Positions 9,921-19,497 of a stretch of 64,000 nucleotides of DNA are shown piece after piece (within the stretch, counting starts at the first letter, position 1; each line of letters starts with the position of its first letter). Origin of the DNA: Candidatus Poribacteria bacterium (lineage in GTDB: Bacteria > Poribacteria > WGA-4E > WGA-3G); contig CBDBFU010000003.1 of NCBI GenBank assembly GCA_965205025.1, positions 96,001 to 160,000 on the forward strand. The letters are read 5' to 3'. The notes under the pieces are model-generated. The model had not been told where the DNA came from, made no database searches, and worked only from the letters and a program-made list of their open reading frames with translations. The position numbers were made by a program, and so were the translations under genes.

Positions 9921-11690
9921 CTACTTATCTAAATATTCAGAAGCTAATACATAAAAGAGTTTTGTATTCACACTATCAAAATTATTTCTGAATGAATCTT
10001 CAATTACATATTCTAACCGAGTTCCCTTTGGTAAGAATACCGGCTTTTGATAATGGTAGATATCTAACCATTCATCTAACCAGTCGATTTCTGATTTCTT
10101 AATCCAAGCCATCTTGACCTGTTCGTTTTTGGGTGTAATTCCAATGATCTTAATGCCTGGTGCCTCAACATACTGGGGTAAGAGAACAGAAACCACAAAA
10201 ACATCATTTCTAAACTCATAAGAATGCTTTATTTTTTGTTTATTAAGTTTTAATTGTTCTTGAGTATTTGAATTTAATGATGCTGTATGAAGCTTGGCTG
10301 CTTCTTGTTTTTTGGATATATATAGACCAAACTTTAGTGTGCCATGCTCTTCTTTTCCTGTACCTTGGTATAATACATTTAAGATAATGTCCGTTCCTTT
10401 GGTTAATAAAAAACCAACTCCATCTGGCAAGAGAGTAGGAAAGAATCCTTGTGACCATGTCCCTATTCTTACATCAAAATCAGAACTATTGACTTCTCTC
10501 CTATCAGTTTCGTTTATATATGAAAAAGAATTATCGGTTCTATTATGTGTATCAAGTCCAACAATTATACGACGCACAATTTTAGGATTTGTAGTTTTGA
10601 AATCTATTCCACGTATATATAGATCTTTCTTAGAGTCTGTCTTGACGCGAATTAAAAGTGAAGCATGTTTACCTTCGGTAAGTTTATTAAACACAATTGG
10701 AATTTCATTTAGCAAATCAGGTCTACCGAGCGTCCATTGTTCTACTGGATTCTTATAAGGGGTGGTAGATAATTCACCTTTTGGTGTTCCTGTTTTGACC
10801 CAAGAGGAAATCAAATCTACTTCAGTATCAGTTAGTTGATGTGAATTCGTAAATTCTCCATAACCATGTTCCAATCTTGCTGGTGGCATATACCCACGAT
10901 TTATACTTCTAATAATATCTGACGCATGTGACTGAACATCCATATATTCATCAAGTTTAAATGGGGCAATACCAAAATGATGATGACAGCTTTGACAGTT
11001 TTTCTTTAACAAGGGGGCAATGTGTTCTGTATATGTAATTGGATTTAGCTCTTTCACTTCAGGTAAATGAATTGTACAACCAAATGCAGGTGTTTCTTCG
11101 ATTGACACTTTTTTACCCGTGATTACTGCAGTTAGTGCATCTATCAAGTATTCATGCTTTACACGAGTGACATATCTATTATCATCAATCGCACCACGAT
11201 ACCTAAGTACTCCTGATTTATCAATTAGATGAACTTGAGGAGTCATAGTAGCATTAAGGTGTCTTGCTAAACGTCCATCAGAATCTTTTATTATTGGAAA
11301 TGTATACTCCGCTTTACTGAGATAATTCTTAACATCATCCATGGAATCGTTTTCATTAGAATAGATTCCAAAAATAGTGACCCCTCTATCGAAAAATTGT
11401 GTATGTAGACGTTTTAAACGCATTGCATAACGTTGGGCAACAGGACATTCTGCTGAGAGAAATACAAAAACAACATGACCTTGATTCAGGATACTATTTA
11501 AATGAAAAGTTTCATTTGTAACAGATGTGAATGAGATATCACCGAGTTTTGTTCCGATCTGAATTTTACCAGAACGTGCTGTAGATTCTTGAATCACACG
11601 ATGTTTCTTCGGAATTGTAAATTCTTCTTCGGCATTTACAAAGTGAGATAGACAAAAGATAAGTAGAAGAAGGGAAATGTTAAGTTTCAT
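9921..11690 (-). CDS. Secreted redoxin + c-type heme + degenerate copper-monooxygenase-like protein
   Basis: Signal peptide; FLSAECPVA and TPQV..RYRGAIDD redoxin; CQSCH heme motif; W..G.PD and GTWSQG..P..LPDGVG. Confidence 0.75.
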   Translation of the reverse strand: MKLNISLLLLIFCLSHFVNAEEEFTIPKKHRVIQESTARSGKIQIGTKLGDISFTSVTNETFHLNSILNQGHVVFVFLSAECPVAQRYAMRLKRLHTQFFDRGVTIFGIYSNENDSMDDVKNYLSKAEYTFPIIKDSDGRLARHLNATMTPQVHLIDKSGVLRYRGAIDDNRYVTRVKHEYLIDALTAVITGKKVSIEETPAFGCTIHLPEVKELNPITYTEHIAPLLKKNCQSCHHHFGIAPFKLDEYMDVQSHASDIIRSINRGYMPPARLEHGYGEFTNSHQLTDTEVDLISSWVKTGTPKGELSTTPYKNPVEQWTLGRPDLLNEIPIVFNKLTEGKHASLLIRVKTDSKKDLYIRGIDFKTTNPKIVRRIIVGLDTHNRTDNSFSYINETDRREVNSSDFDVRIGTWSQGFFPTLLPDGVGFLLTKGTDIILNVLYQGTGKEEHGTLKFGLYISKKQEAAKLHTASLNSNTQEQLKLNKQKIKHSYEFRNDVFVVSVLLPQYVEAPGIKIIGITPKNEQVKMAWIKKSEIDWLDEWLDIYHYQKPVFLPKGTRLEYVIEDSFRNNFDSVNTKLFYVLASEYLDK

Positions 11691-11869
11691 CAGGTAAGTG
11701 ATCTATAGTACTGTAGGTATAGAATATGTCCTCACTTAAAGTATATTCTCATTTCACTGACTTCGTCAACTGTTTTTTCATGCTTACTTTGTTTCAGGTT
11801 TTTTCTTATAATTACGCGTTGTGCTAAATACTTTTAGCAACCAATTGTTTCACATAAATATGGCTTTGT

Positions 11870-12528
11870 ATGAATATCTTTCATGAAGTTAACGTCAGTT
11901 TGATAAATAGAATTTTAGACACCATAGATTTGAACTGCTATATCGGTGCTACTCAGAAACTTCCCATACGACTTGTCGCATTACGCCTCTCTGAAGAACA
12001 AGCAAATAGCCAGCGTCGTGTCATCAGACGCGATGCGAAGCGAAGAGGGAACACGCCATCAAAGAACGCCTAATACACGCTGATTGGTATATTTTTATTA
12101 TAAATGTTGATGCGACACGGCTATCCGTAGAACAGATTGCGGCAATCATTCGCATTCGATGGCAAGTTGAACTCCTGTATAAATGTTTCAAAAGTGTCGG
12201 AAGAGTGAACACATCACGCAGAGAAAAACCCTATAGTATTTTATGTGAGGTATATGCCAAACTTATCACACAACTCCTAAGACACTGGATTATGATAGCA
12301 AGCGGTTGGCGATGATACACCACAATATCATCAAAACAGCAAAACTCATCAATCTATATGCACGCAAAATTACAATAAGTTTTGGTAAATCCAAAACCGC
12401 ACTACGAAAAACTCTTGAAGAAATAAAACGAACTATACTAAAAAGTGGGAAAAGGATACAAAATCAAGGGAAAAACACAACATTAGAGCGTCTAAAAGCA
12501 GTAGAAAATCCTTAAGTTGACACCTATG
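11870..12528 (+). mobile_element. Degenerate IS4-family transposase (3' part, several frameshifts) with probable right end
   Basis: RLVALRL and IRIRWQVELLYKCFKS (YREK-type signature) in shifting frames; terminus cttaagttgacacctatg at 12511-12528. Confidence 0.8.
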
Positions 12529-12553
12529 GGTTTCGCTGCTCAACCTAACCTAC
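12527..12553 (-). repeat. REP-like element (GTAG type)
   Basis: Minus strand GTAGGTTAGGTTGAGCAGCGAAACCCA. Confidence 0.65.
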
Positions 12554-12559
12554 GAAACT

Positions 12560-12691
12560 GTTAAACACGGTTATGTGCCAGCTCCAATGAATTGAATGTA
12601 TTCAAGTTATCATCGTTATGTAAAATGCGGATTGTACGATGTAATGTGGGGTGCAAATGAAGGAATTATATTTGATCCACATATAATATAG
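12560..12691 (+). pseudogene. C-terminal remnant of a REP-associated tyrosine transposase (RAYT/TnpA-REP)
   Basis: Manual translation VKHGYVPAPMN*MYSSYHRYVKCGLYDVMWG matches the RAYT tail pattern NPVKHG.V..P.DW.YSSFHRYV..G.Y...WG; flanked by two REP copies. Confidence 0.75.
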
Positions 12692-12712
12692 AGAATGAAT
12701 TGATTATTTTAT

Positions 12713-12738
12713 TTGGTTTCGTTCCTCAACCCAGCAAC
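12713..12738 (-). repeat. Second, degenerate REP-like element
   Basis: Minus strand GTTGCTGGGTTGAGGAACGAAACCAA, same orientation as 12527-12553. Confidence 0.55.
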
Positions 12739-12750
12739 GAAATACCTTGA

Positions 12751-12984
12751 CTATTCAGTGTTCTGATATTCCGCAATAATCTTTGCTAATGCTCTTAATG
12801 CGTCATTCACAGTTTTGGCATCGGGAAATACCTTGGTAACATCTGGGGCGAGACAAATCAAGTTTTTGCTATCGTGGTATCTTTCCGCGTATTTTCCACG
12901 AACGCCTTCGCTGAAATCGTATTTATCAAGCATATCAGCATCATCTTGTTCTAATGTGGTCTGTTTCGTAAGTTTTTCTTTCAT
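12751..12984 (-). CDS. BrnA-like antitoxin
   Basis: DMLDKYDFSEGVRGKYA...LAPDV..VFPD...VNDALR, typical of partners of BrnT-family toxins. Confidence 0.7.
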   Translation of the reverse strand: MKEKLTKQTTLEQDDADMLDKYDFSEGVRGKYAERYHDSKNLICLAPDVTKVFPDAKTVNDALRALAKIIAEYQNTE

Positions 12985-13021
12985 TGGCTGTTGCCTTTCG
13001 GTAATCCCATTGAAATTCCAA
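12941..13021 (-). pseudogene. Internally deleted BrnT-family toxin
   Basis: Reads LEFQWDYRKATANERKTYETDHIRTR*: BrnT N-terminus (EF.WD..KA..N) joined to BrnT C-terminus (ERK.YE), overlapping the antitoxin start. Confidence 0.7.
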
Positions 13022-13367
13022 TTTTAAAACTTTCGGAAATAGTTGATTAGTAGTTATACATTTGTCCTTATATCACATATTTTATAGAATAAAACAACCT
13101 GATTACTAATGCTACTAATCATAGAAATGTCGCATAGATTCAATTAAACTATAAAGATAATGACACGTAACTACATCGTAGAAGTAAGGGTTACTATACG
13201 TTTAAGATTAGATGGTGAATTAGTATTTTTACCTACATATATTTTGATATAAGATGATATGACAAAATTTTATGAATTGAATAGATTGAATAAGGTTAGC
13301 AGACCGTGATATATCTGTAAGTAGATATTTTTCGGTAGTTATGGTATCCTTTAGGTAGGAGGGAGTT

Positions 13368-13868
13368 ATGGCGAAATTACGTATTATATACCTTATACCG
13401 ATTTTAGGATGTGTTGCTTTATGTAGTATCTTTGCATGGGCACAAAAGAATAGTGAAACCGAGAAAGGAAGGATTTCTTTGGCTGAGATTGGAGTGACAC
13501 CAGAGCAGAAAACTCAAATTGATGCTATGTGGAAACTAAAACTACAAAAGCATAGACAAGCAGTTAAGGATTTGAAGACTTTAAACCGTTATGTTAAAGA
13601 TAAACTCATGAGTGAGAAAGAGATCCGTGAAACACTGGAGAAATTTCGTTCAAAACGAAAAGAGATGCAGGATAAGATTGATAAAGCAGAGGATGCACTA
13701 ATAAAGAGTCTATCCCCTCGCGCACAACTTCACCTGACAGTATTTGGTATTTTAGATAACGGTTTACCGCGTAGAACCACGAAAACGCAATCGGATAAAG
13801 AGGTAGGACAAAAAAATAACGGTGTTTCAACTCCTGTTGAACAACCACCGTCAAATACATTACAATAA
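13368..13868 (+). CDS. Exported helical protein, Spy/CpxP-like
   Basis: Signal peptide, IGVTPEQK and LSPRAQ motifs, strong RBS aggaggg. Confidence 0.6.
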   Translation: MAKLRIIYLIPILGCVALCSIFAWAQKNSETEKGRISLAEIGVTPEQKTQIDAMWKLKLQKHRQAVKDLKTLNRYVKDKLMSEKEIRETLEKFRSKRKEMQDKIDKAEDALIKSLSPRAQLHLTVFGILDNGLPRRTTKTQSDKEVGQKNNGVSTPVEQPPSNTLQ

Positions 13869-13870
13869 GA

Positions 13871-13946
<76 letters not shown>

Positions 13947-14014
13947 ACTATGCTAATAATTTAATAATAACATATCGTTGTTAAAAAAGCAAATAATTTT
14001 AGGACTTCAACAAG

Positions 14015-14848
14015 ATGGATAAAAGCGAACCAGATATCTTTTTTTATTTCGCAGATCAACCGGATAGCGAGGTAGGACTTGCGATGGGGGCGCTACTTAT
14101 TGCCCAAAGTGAATATCCCGAGGTTGATATAGATAATTATATACATAAATTAGACGAGATGGCTGAAGAGGTACGAGAGCGGATATCTCAAATAGAACTA
14201 CCTCACGAACAGATAGCTGAATACAATCGTTATTTTTTTCATGAAAACAGGTTCAGAAGAGAGGTTATTGGCTTTTATGACCCGGCTAACAATTACCTCA
14301 ACGATGTAATTGATAGAAAAACGGGAATTGATGTAACACTGTATATACTGTATATCGAAATTGGTAGGAAGGCAGGTTTACCTCTTTCCGCCATTAACTT
14401 ACCCTCTTATTGTATTGTCCGGTACAAGTTTAAACATTTTGATATTTTCTTAGACTTAGGTGACGAAGGCAATATTATGTCTGAGGAAGCATTTCAAGAA
14501 AAGTTAGAGCTTGTATTTGGTGAAGAGGCAGGCATTCAACGGAGATTCCTTAATGAGGATGCGAATAAAGAAACATTAGCTCGGATTTTACGCAACCTTG
14601 CAAGGATATATACTGATGAGAACGAGTATGATAAGGCAATACAAGCCTTAAAACGAATTACATGGTTAACGCCACAATATATGACTCCGTACCGTCGACT
14701 TGGAAATCTGTTCTATCAGGTTGGGGATTATAATGAAGCTTTAGATGCTTTTGAAACCTATCTCAATGGTATAGAGAGTCCAAATAGTGAAGAAAATGTT
14801 ATTGAGAATATACGAATACTTCGTAGAATTATTGCCAAAATGAATTGA
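14015..14848 (+). CDS. SirB1/transglutaminase-like + TPR protein
   Basis: YDPANNYLNDVIDRKTG, LARILRNL, C-terminal TPRs. Confidence 0.8.
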   Translation: MDKSEPDIFFYFADQPDSEVGLAMGALLIAQSEYPEVDIDNYIHKLDEMAEEVRERISQIELPHEQIAEYNRYFFHENRFRREVIGFYDPANNYLNDVIDRKTGIDVTLYILYIEIGRKAGLPLSAINLPSYCIVRYKFKHFDIFLDLGDEGNIMSEEAFQEKLELVFGEEAGIQRRFLNEDANKETLARILRNLARIYTDENEYDKAIQALKRITWLTPQYMTPYRRLGNLFYQVGDYNEALDAFETYLNGIESPNSEENVIENIRILRRIIAKMN

Positions 14849-14892
14849 TCTCCCAGGTGTAGTACGAGGATGCTAACTTGTTAATTTAGTAC

Positions 14893-15041
14893 TATAGTAA
14901 ACAATAAAATGAATACTACATTTTCTATTGGCTCAACTTACGTTCGCGTCCCACACCTCTTCTGTAGGAGCGACCTCCCGGTCGCGACCAGGAGGTCGCT
15001 CCTACAAGTAAAGTGTCTAATTAAATCTAAAGTTTACTATA
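14893..15041. repeat. 149-bp MITE-like element enclosing a 44-bp REP palindrome
   Basis: Terminal IR tatagtaaac/gtttactata; internal tgtaggagcgacctcc-c-ggtcgcgacc-a-ggaggtcgctcctaca (14963-15006). Confidence 0.75.
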
Positions 15042-15088
15042 AATGTATAAGCGAAACGATATTAGAATCTTCAATTGAGGAGGGATTT

Positions 15089-15871
15089 ATGTTGTGTCAT
15101 AATTACAATTACATTTGGTTATGCTTAATACTACTTCTATTTAACACGCTCACACCGGTATTTGCACAAGGAGAAAAAGCAGAAACCCTTGTAGGACATT
15201 GGACATTTGAAAAAGGTGAGGATTTAAAGGATATTACAGGCAACTTTCCTGATATTACGCTCAATGGGGCGACAATAGAAGATGGAAAATTGAATGTTGA
15301 CCCCGGTAAGTGGGCAATTGCAAGTGGATATACTGGTCCAGATATTGAGGAAAAGACTTTGGTATCCTGGGTTATTATGGACGATCTCAACGTTCAAGCA
15401 GGTTCAATATTAACCATCGACCGTCTCTCAGATCCAACATTTGATGGTATTGTCTTTGGAGAACGTCAAAAAAATCGTTGGATGGCAGGGAGTGGTTGGT
15501 TCCACCGAACAAAAGATCCTGAACCAGGTTTTGAGGAAAAGAAGACTGGACAGTTGGTTATGATAGCTATTTCGTACGGTGATGATAACGGCACTGCACA
15601 CGTGGTGCTATATCGTAACGGAAACAAGATAGGGGACTATACATTTGGTCAATTTGTTGTGTTTGCCAACAAGGATGCAGAAGCAATTTGGGGTAAACGC
15701 CACGGAAGTGTTGCTGGTGGTCCAGGTGACCTTGACGTTCATATTGAAGACTCACGGATTTATAACACCGTACTCAGTCAAGCAGAGATAAAGAAACTGA
15801 TGCCAAATACACTTGATGTTGAAGCACATCGGAAACTCTCCACAACTTGGGGAAGATTAAAGGCTATGTAG
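15089..15871 (+). CDS. Secreted LamG/concanavalin-like protein with C-terminal KL..TW..LK motif
   Basis: RBS gaggaggg before ATG 15089; signal peptide; LVGHWTFE ... IEDSRIYNTVLSQAEI; tail LDVEAHRKLSTTWGRLKAM. Confidence 0.85.
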   Translation: MLCHNYNYIWLCLILLLFNTLTPVFAQGEKAETLVGHWTFEKGEDLKDITGNFPDITLNGATIEDGKLNVDPGKWAIASGYTGPDIEEKTLVSWVIMDDLNVQAGSILTIDRLSDPTFDGIVFGERQKNRWMAGSGWFHRTKDPEPGFEEKKTGQLVMIAISYGDDNGTAHVVLYRNGNKIGDYTFGQFVVFANKDAEAIWGKRHGSVAGGPGDLDVHIEDSRIYNTVLSQAEIKKLMPNTLDVEAHRKLSTTWGRLKAM

Positions 15872-15924
15872 AGATCTTTTTTGTGCAAGATATTCTGTAA
15901 ATATTAATTCCTTTAGATATTCTT

Positions 15925-16288
15925 TACTGTAGTTTGGACAGTTTCTGTCGGTCTCTTGTCGTGTTTCAAGGGTGTCCTCTATTTTCCTGATAGTTTTGGG
16001 GTCGGTATAACTCACTGAAAAGCGCTTTTATGTCAAAGCGGTCATCTTTCATAGCCCTCCGCTGGAGTGCGGAGTTCTCTGCCTCTTATTTCTATAGACA
16101 TATTACGCCGCTGGCGTGAGGAGACATCGTAATCGTAATGTCGGTATCGTTAGTTCTCTATTGATTGCGTCTAACACACGGATAAATGTAGGTCTTGCTC
16201 CAGCGGAGCAATATGTCTATAGCAGTGAAGCATAACAATCCCGCACTCCAGCGAAGTGCTATTTCTAAAAATTGTCCAAACTATAGTA
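15925..16288. repeat. ~364-bp MITE-like element with long internal inverted repeats
   Basis: Terminal IR tactgtagtttggacagttt/aaattgtccaaactatagta (2 mismatches); 16051-16072 pairs with 16241-16262 and 16092-16125 with 16192-16222. Confidence 0.75.
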
Positions 16289-16407
16289 TTCTCTTATAAA
16301 CAAAGGTTAAATATGTTGGCAAGTAAAATCATATCTAAATGTGCAACTGAAACTTTACAGAATTGTAATGATTTATTTTCAATATAAGGAGCGATGTTGT
16401 AAAAAAG

Positions 16408-17790
16408 ATGTTAACCAAAGCTGACATTGAACATGAAAAATCACAGCATGATTCCCAATTTTTCAAGGTTGCACTTGCTCCTAAAAACGAGGAACAACAG
16501 TTGTTGTTTACACTTAAAAACCTTGGAAAATTACCGGATGGTTTTAACGGTAAGTTGTTTATGCCATTGCTTAAGCATCGTAATCCGAAAATTCGATGTC
16601 TTGCTGTAAAAAACGTCGGAAAGTTGAAAAATGAAAGTTATTTAGAGAAACTCATAGCGTTTGCCGATACAGAGAAGAATACCGAAACACGTCGTGAAGC
16701 AGTATCAGCAATAGGAAGACTCAAAACTGAAAACGCAATTCCAATTTTAACCAGATACACCACAGATAATGATCCAAAAATTATATTGCAAGCACTCCGT
16801 GGATTACTTTACTTCCGAGAACATCCTGATGTTAAATCAACATTAGTTTCACTTGAACAACATCCTAATGAGATGATTCGCGAACATATAGCAAGTGAAT
16901 TAATGTGTCAAAACCAAGTCAAAAACTCAAATAAACATAATCATCCCACCAGTCCAGATCAACTTAAAAATGTCATGGTCAGTGCTGATGTTCAAGATGT
17001 GTTGAAAATCATTCCAGACGAATCAATACATCTAACTTTTACGTCTCCACCGTATTACAATGCCCGTGATTATACTATTTTTCCGAGTTATGAATCATAT
17101 CTCGAATTTCTTACCTCTGTATTCAAAGAGACACATCGTATTACCAAAGAAGGTAGATTTTTTGTATTGAATACTTCACCTGTTATCGTGCCGCGGATTA
17201 GTCGCGCACATTCCAGTAAAAGGTACGCCATCCCTTATGATATTCACCCACGACTGACTGAAATTGGATGGGAGTTTATTGATGACATCGTATGGATGAA
17301 GCCAGAACATTCTGCGAAGAATAGAAATGGGGGTTTTTTCCAACATCGTAAACCCCTCGGTTACAAGGCGAATTCTGTTACAGAAAGTGTGATGGTATAT
17401 CGTAAAAAAACAGATAAATTGATTGATTGGAATATACGGCAATATGATGATGAGACAACCACCTCAAGCAGAATAATGGGGGATTATGAAAAAACAAACG
17501 TTTGGCGAATTAACCCGGCCTCTGACAAAATTCACCCCGCAGTTTTTCCCACTGAATTAGCTATGCGTATTATACAATTTTATTCCTTTAAAGGTGATCT
17601 TGTTTTTGATCCATTTGGGGGGAGTGGGACAGTCGGACAGGTAGCCCTTGATCATGAAAGGTACTTTTTTCTTTGTGAAAAAGAAAAAGAATATATAGAA
17701 CGTGCTACTCAGTCGGTCAATAATGCAATGTTCTCTAAAGTGGAGCCTCGGATACTTACATTGACAGAATTACAAGCTGAATTTGTATAG
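16408..17790 (+). CDS. Beta-class N4-cytosine DNA methyltransferase with N-terminal HEAT-like repeats (CfrBI-type MTase)
   Basis: TSPPY catalytic motif precedes HPAVFP and VFDPFGGSGT; N-terminal 'RCLAVKNVGKL', 'RREAVSAIGRL' repeats. Confidence 0.9.
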   Translation: MLTKADIEHEKSQHDSQFFKVALAPKNEEQQLLFTLKNLGKLPDGFNGKLFMPLLKHRNPKIRCLAVKNVGKLKNESYLEKLIAFADTEKNTETRREAVSAIGRLKTENAIPILTRYTTDNDPKIILQALRGLLYFREHPDVKSTLVSLEQHPNEMIREHIASELMCQNQVKNSNKHNHPTSPDQLKNVMVSADVQDVLKIIPDESIHLTFTSPPYYNARDYTIFPSYESYLEFLTSVFKETHRITKEGRFFVLNTSPVIVPRISRAHSSKRYAIPYDIHPRLTEIGWEFIDDIVWMKPEHSAKNRNGGFFQHRKPLGYKANSVTESVMVYRKKTDKLIDWNIRQYDDETTTSSRIMGDYEKTNVWRINPASDKIHPAVFPTELAMRIIQFYSFKGDLVFDPFGGSGTVGQVALDHERYFFLCEKEKEYIERATQSVNNAMFSKVEPRILTLTELQAEFV

Positions 17791-17802
17791 AGGATTCAAA
17801 AT

Positions 17803-18768
17803 ATGACGATTACGGGTGCGGTAATTAAGAATATAATTCGGAAACTCCTTGCAGGAGAGGATTATCGAACTGAAGTTTTAGCATTGATTAATGCTGAATT
17901 TTTGCAGTATGCTGTGGACTTTTTTAAGCGTGTAGCTTGCGCAAAGTTAGATAATAAGTCAGTAACTGCCGATTGGTACAAAAAGGAATTTCTCAATTCA
18001 GATTTATTTCGGCCAGAAGAAATTGCAATCCATTCAGGACTAAATAAAAAGACAATTACTAATGCCTACAATTCAGCCAGCAAAAAAATAGTATTAGAAG
18101 CCTCTATAGATCATTATGAAACACTATATAACGCTATTAATAGTTTGACTGAACAAGATGACTTGGATGTATCGTTGACAATTAAATTTCGAGATGTTAG
18201 TGTAGATTTGGATATTAATGAGAGTTTAATTGTTGTCAATACCCTCGCAGTCAAACGTTCTGCACTTCGCGGAGCATTATGGAGTACATCTGGGAAACAG
18301 GTCGAAAAACCTTTAATGATGACTCTTTGTGCACTTTTCCAAGTACCAAAAAAACATTTTGATCAGAGAAATCTTCCAGAGTCAGAACGCGAATCCGACT
18401 TTTATCTATTCGATGAAACAGGGAAGGACTACCCTTGTGAAGTGAAGTTAATGGGAAAAGGGAATCCCGAAAGTGCTGACGCCGTATTTGCAAGAGGTAG
18501 TCGTGTTTTAGTGGCAAACAAACTCTCTGAGGCAAATAAACAACAAATGGATAATGTTGGAATTCTTTGGGTTGAACTCCAAACTGAAGATGGGTATAAG
18601 CGTTTTGAGAATGTACTAAAAGCCCTGTCAATTCCATGTAAACCATTTACAGGTAATCTCCAAAATCTATTAGAAGAGATTTTATCGATAATTCTTTCTG
18701 ATGATATTCAAGAGTCTGTAACCCCAAATGTGTTTTTTGCAAGAGAATCTACTGGATTCAAAGTCTGA
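17803..18768 (+). CDS. Type II restriction endonuclease, CfrBI family
   Basis: IIRKLL.GEDYR.EV, SGLNKKTI.N.Y, LAVKRSALRG.LWS..GK.VEK and RESDF..CEVKLMGKGNPESAD PD-(D/E)xK core; adjacent to the MTase. Confidence 0.85.
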   Translation: MTITGAVIKNIIRKLLAGEDYRTEVLALINAEFLQYAVDFFKRVACAKLDNKSVTADWYKKEFLNSDLFRPEEIAIHSGLNKKTITNAYNSASKKIVLEASIDHYETLYNAINSLTEQDDLDVSLTIKFRDVSVDLDINESLIVVNTLAVKRSALRGALWSTSGKQVEKPLMMTLCALFQVPKKHFDQRNLPESERESDFYLFDETGKDYPCEVKLMGKGNPESADAVFARGSRVLVANKLSEANKQQMDNVGILWVELQTEDGYKRFENVLKALSIPCKPFTGNLQNLLEEILSIILSDDIQESVTPNVFFARESTGFKV

Positions 18769-18792
18769 TTCAGAATTGCTCATAGAAATTGA

Positions 18793-19476
18793 ATGAAAAT
18801 CTTAGGAATTGATACCTCTACCCCTATTGGGAGTGTTGCTCTCATAGAGGATGATAACATTGTTGCTGAACATACACTTAATATCGTCCAAGCACACTCT
18901 TCAAGACTTATGCCTGCTATTGATACAGTCCTAAAAAAGTGTGGAGATATAACACCAAAGGATTTAGATGGATGTGCTGTTGGAATTGGACCAGGATCAT
19001 TCACAGGTATTCGAATTGGCGTAGCCACTGCTAAATCGCTTTGCTATGCTGTTGACAAACCGATTGTCGGTGTATCTACTTTAGAGGCAATTGGCTATAA
19101 CCTTCGTTGGACAAATGGGTTAGTATGTCCGATTCTTGATGCACGGAGAAGTGAAATTTATGGATGTATCCTTCACGGAGGTACAGATTGGAAACGTTTG
19201 ACAGAAGATCTATGCCTGTCAATTGATACTTTCTTAGATGAATTGGATAAGCAAACCTCTTCTAACGCCAATGTTAATTTTGTTGGTGATGGACTTGCAT
19301 CCTACGGAGATGCTATCCGAGAAAGACTTGGCGAACAAGCATATTTTGCTGAATCAATCTTCAATGTACCACGAGGAGCCACAATTGCACACCTTGGTGC
19401 ACAACGTCTCAAACAGGGAGATAGTGATAGTTATTGGACTATAGTCCCCAATTATGTTAGAGTAGGATTATACTGA
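18793..19476 (+). CDS. tsaB: t6A biosynthesis protein TsaB
   Basis: ILGIDTST, HS..LMP, GIGPGSFTGIRIG, DARRSEIY. Confidence 0.95.
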   Translation: MKILGIDTSTPIGSVALIEDDNIVAEHTLNIVQAHSSRLMPAIDTVLKKCGDITPKDLDGCAVGIGPGSFTGIRIGVATAKSLCYAVDKPIVGVSTLEAIGYNLRWTNGLVCPILDARRSEIYGCILHGGTDWKRLTEDLCLSIDTFLDELDKQTSSNANVNFVGDGLASYGDAIRERLGEQAYFAESIFNVPRGATIAHLGAQRLKQGDSDSYWTIVPNYVRVGLY

Positions 19477-19497
19477 TTCCTAAGGAGTTTCATATCT

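Noticed and set aside
12593-12595. In-frame TGA in the RAYT remnant as selenocysteine or recoded Trp
   Set aside because: It aligns with a conserved Trp in a truncated relic, and TGA is used as a normal stop elsewhere in the window; a nonsense mutation is simpler.
14909-15088. N-terminal 60 aa of the listed 320-aa ORF
   Set aside because: It is read-through of a palindromic repeat element; the RBS and signal peptide indicate a start at 15089.
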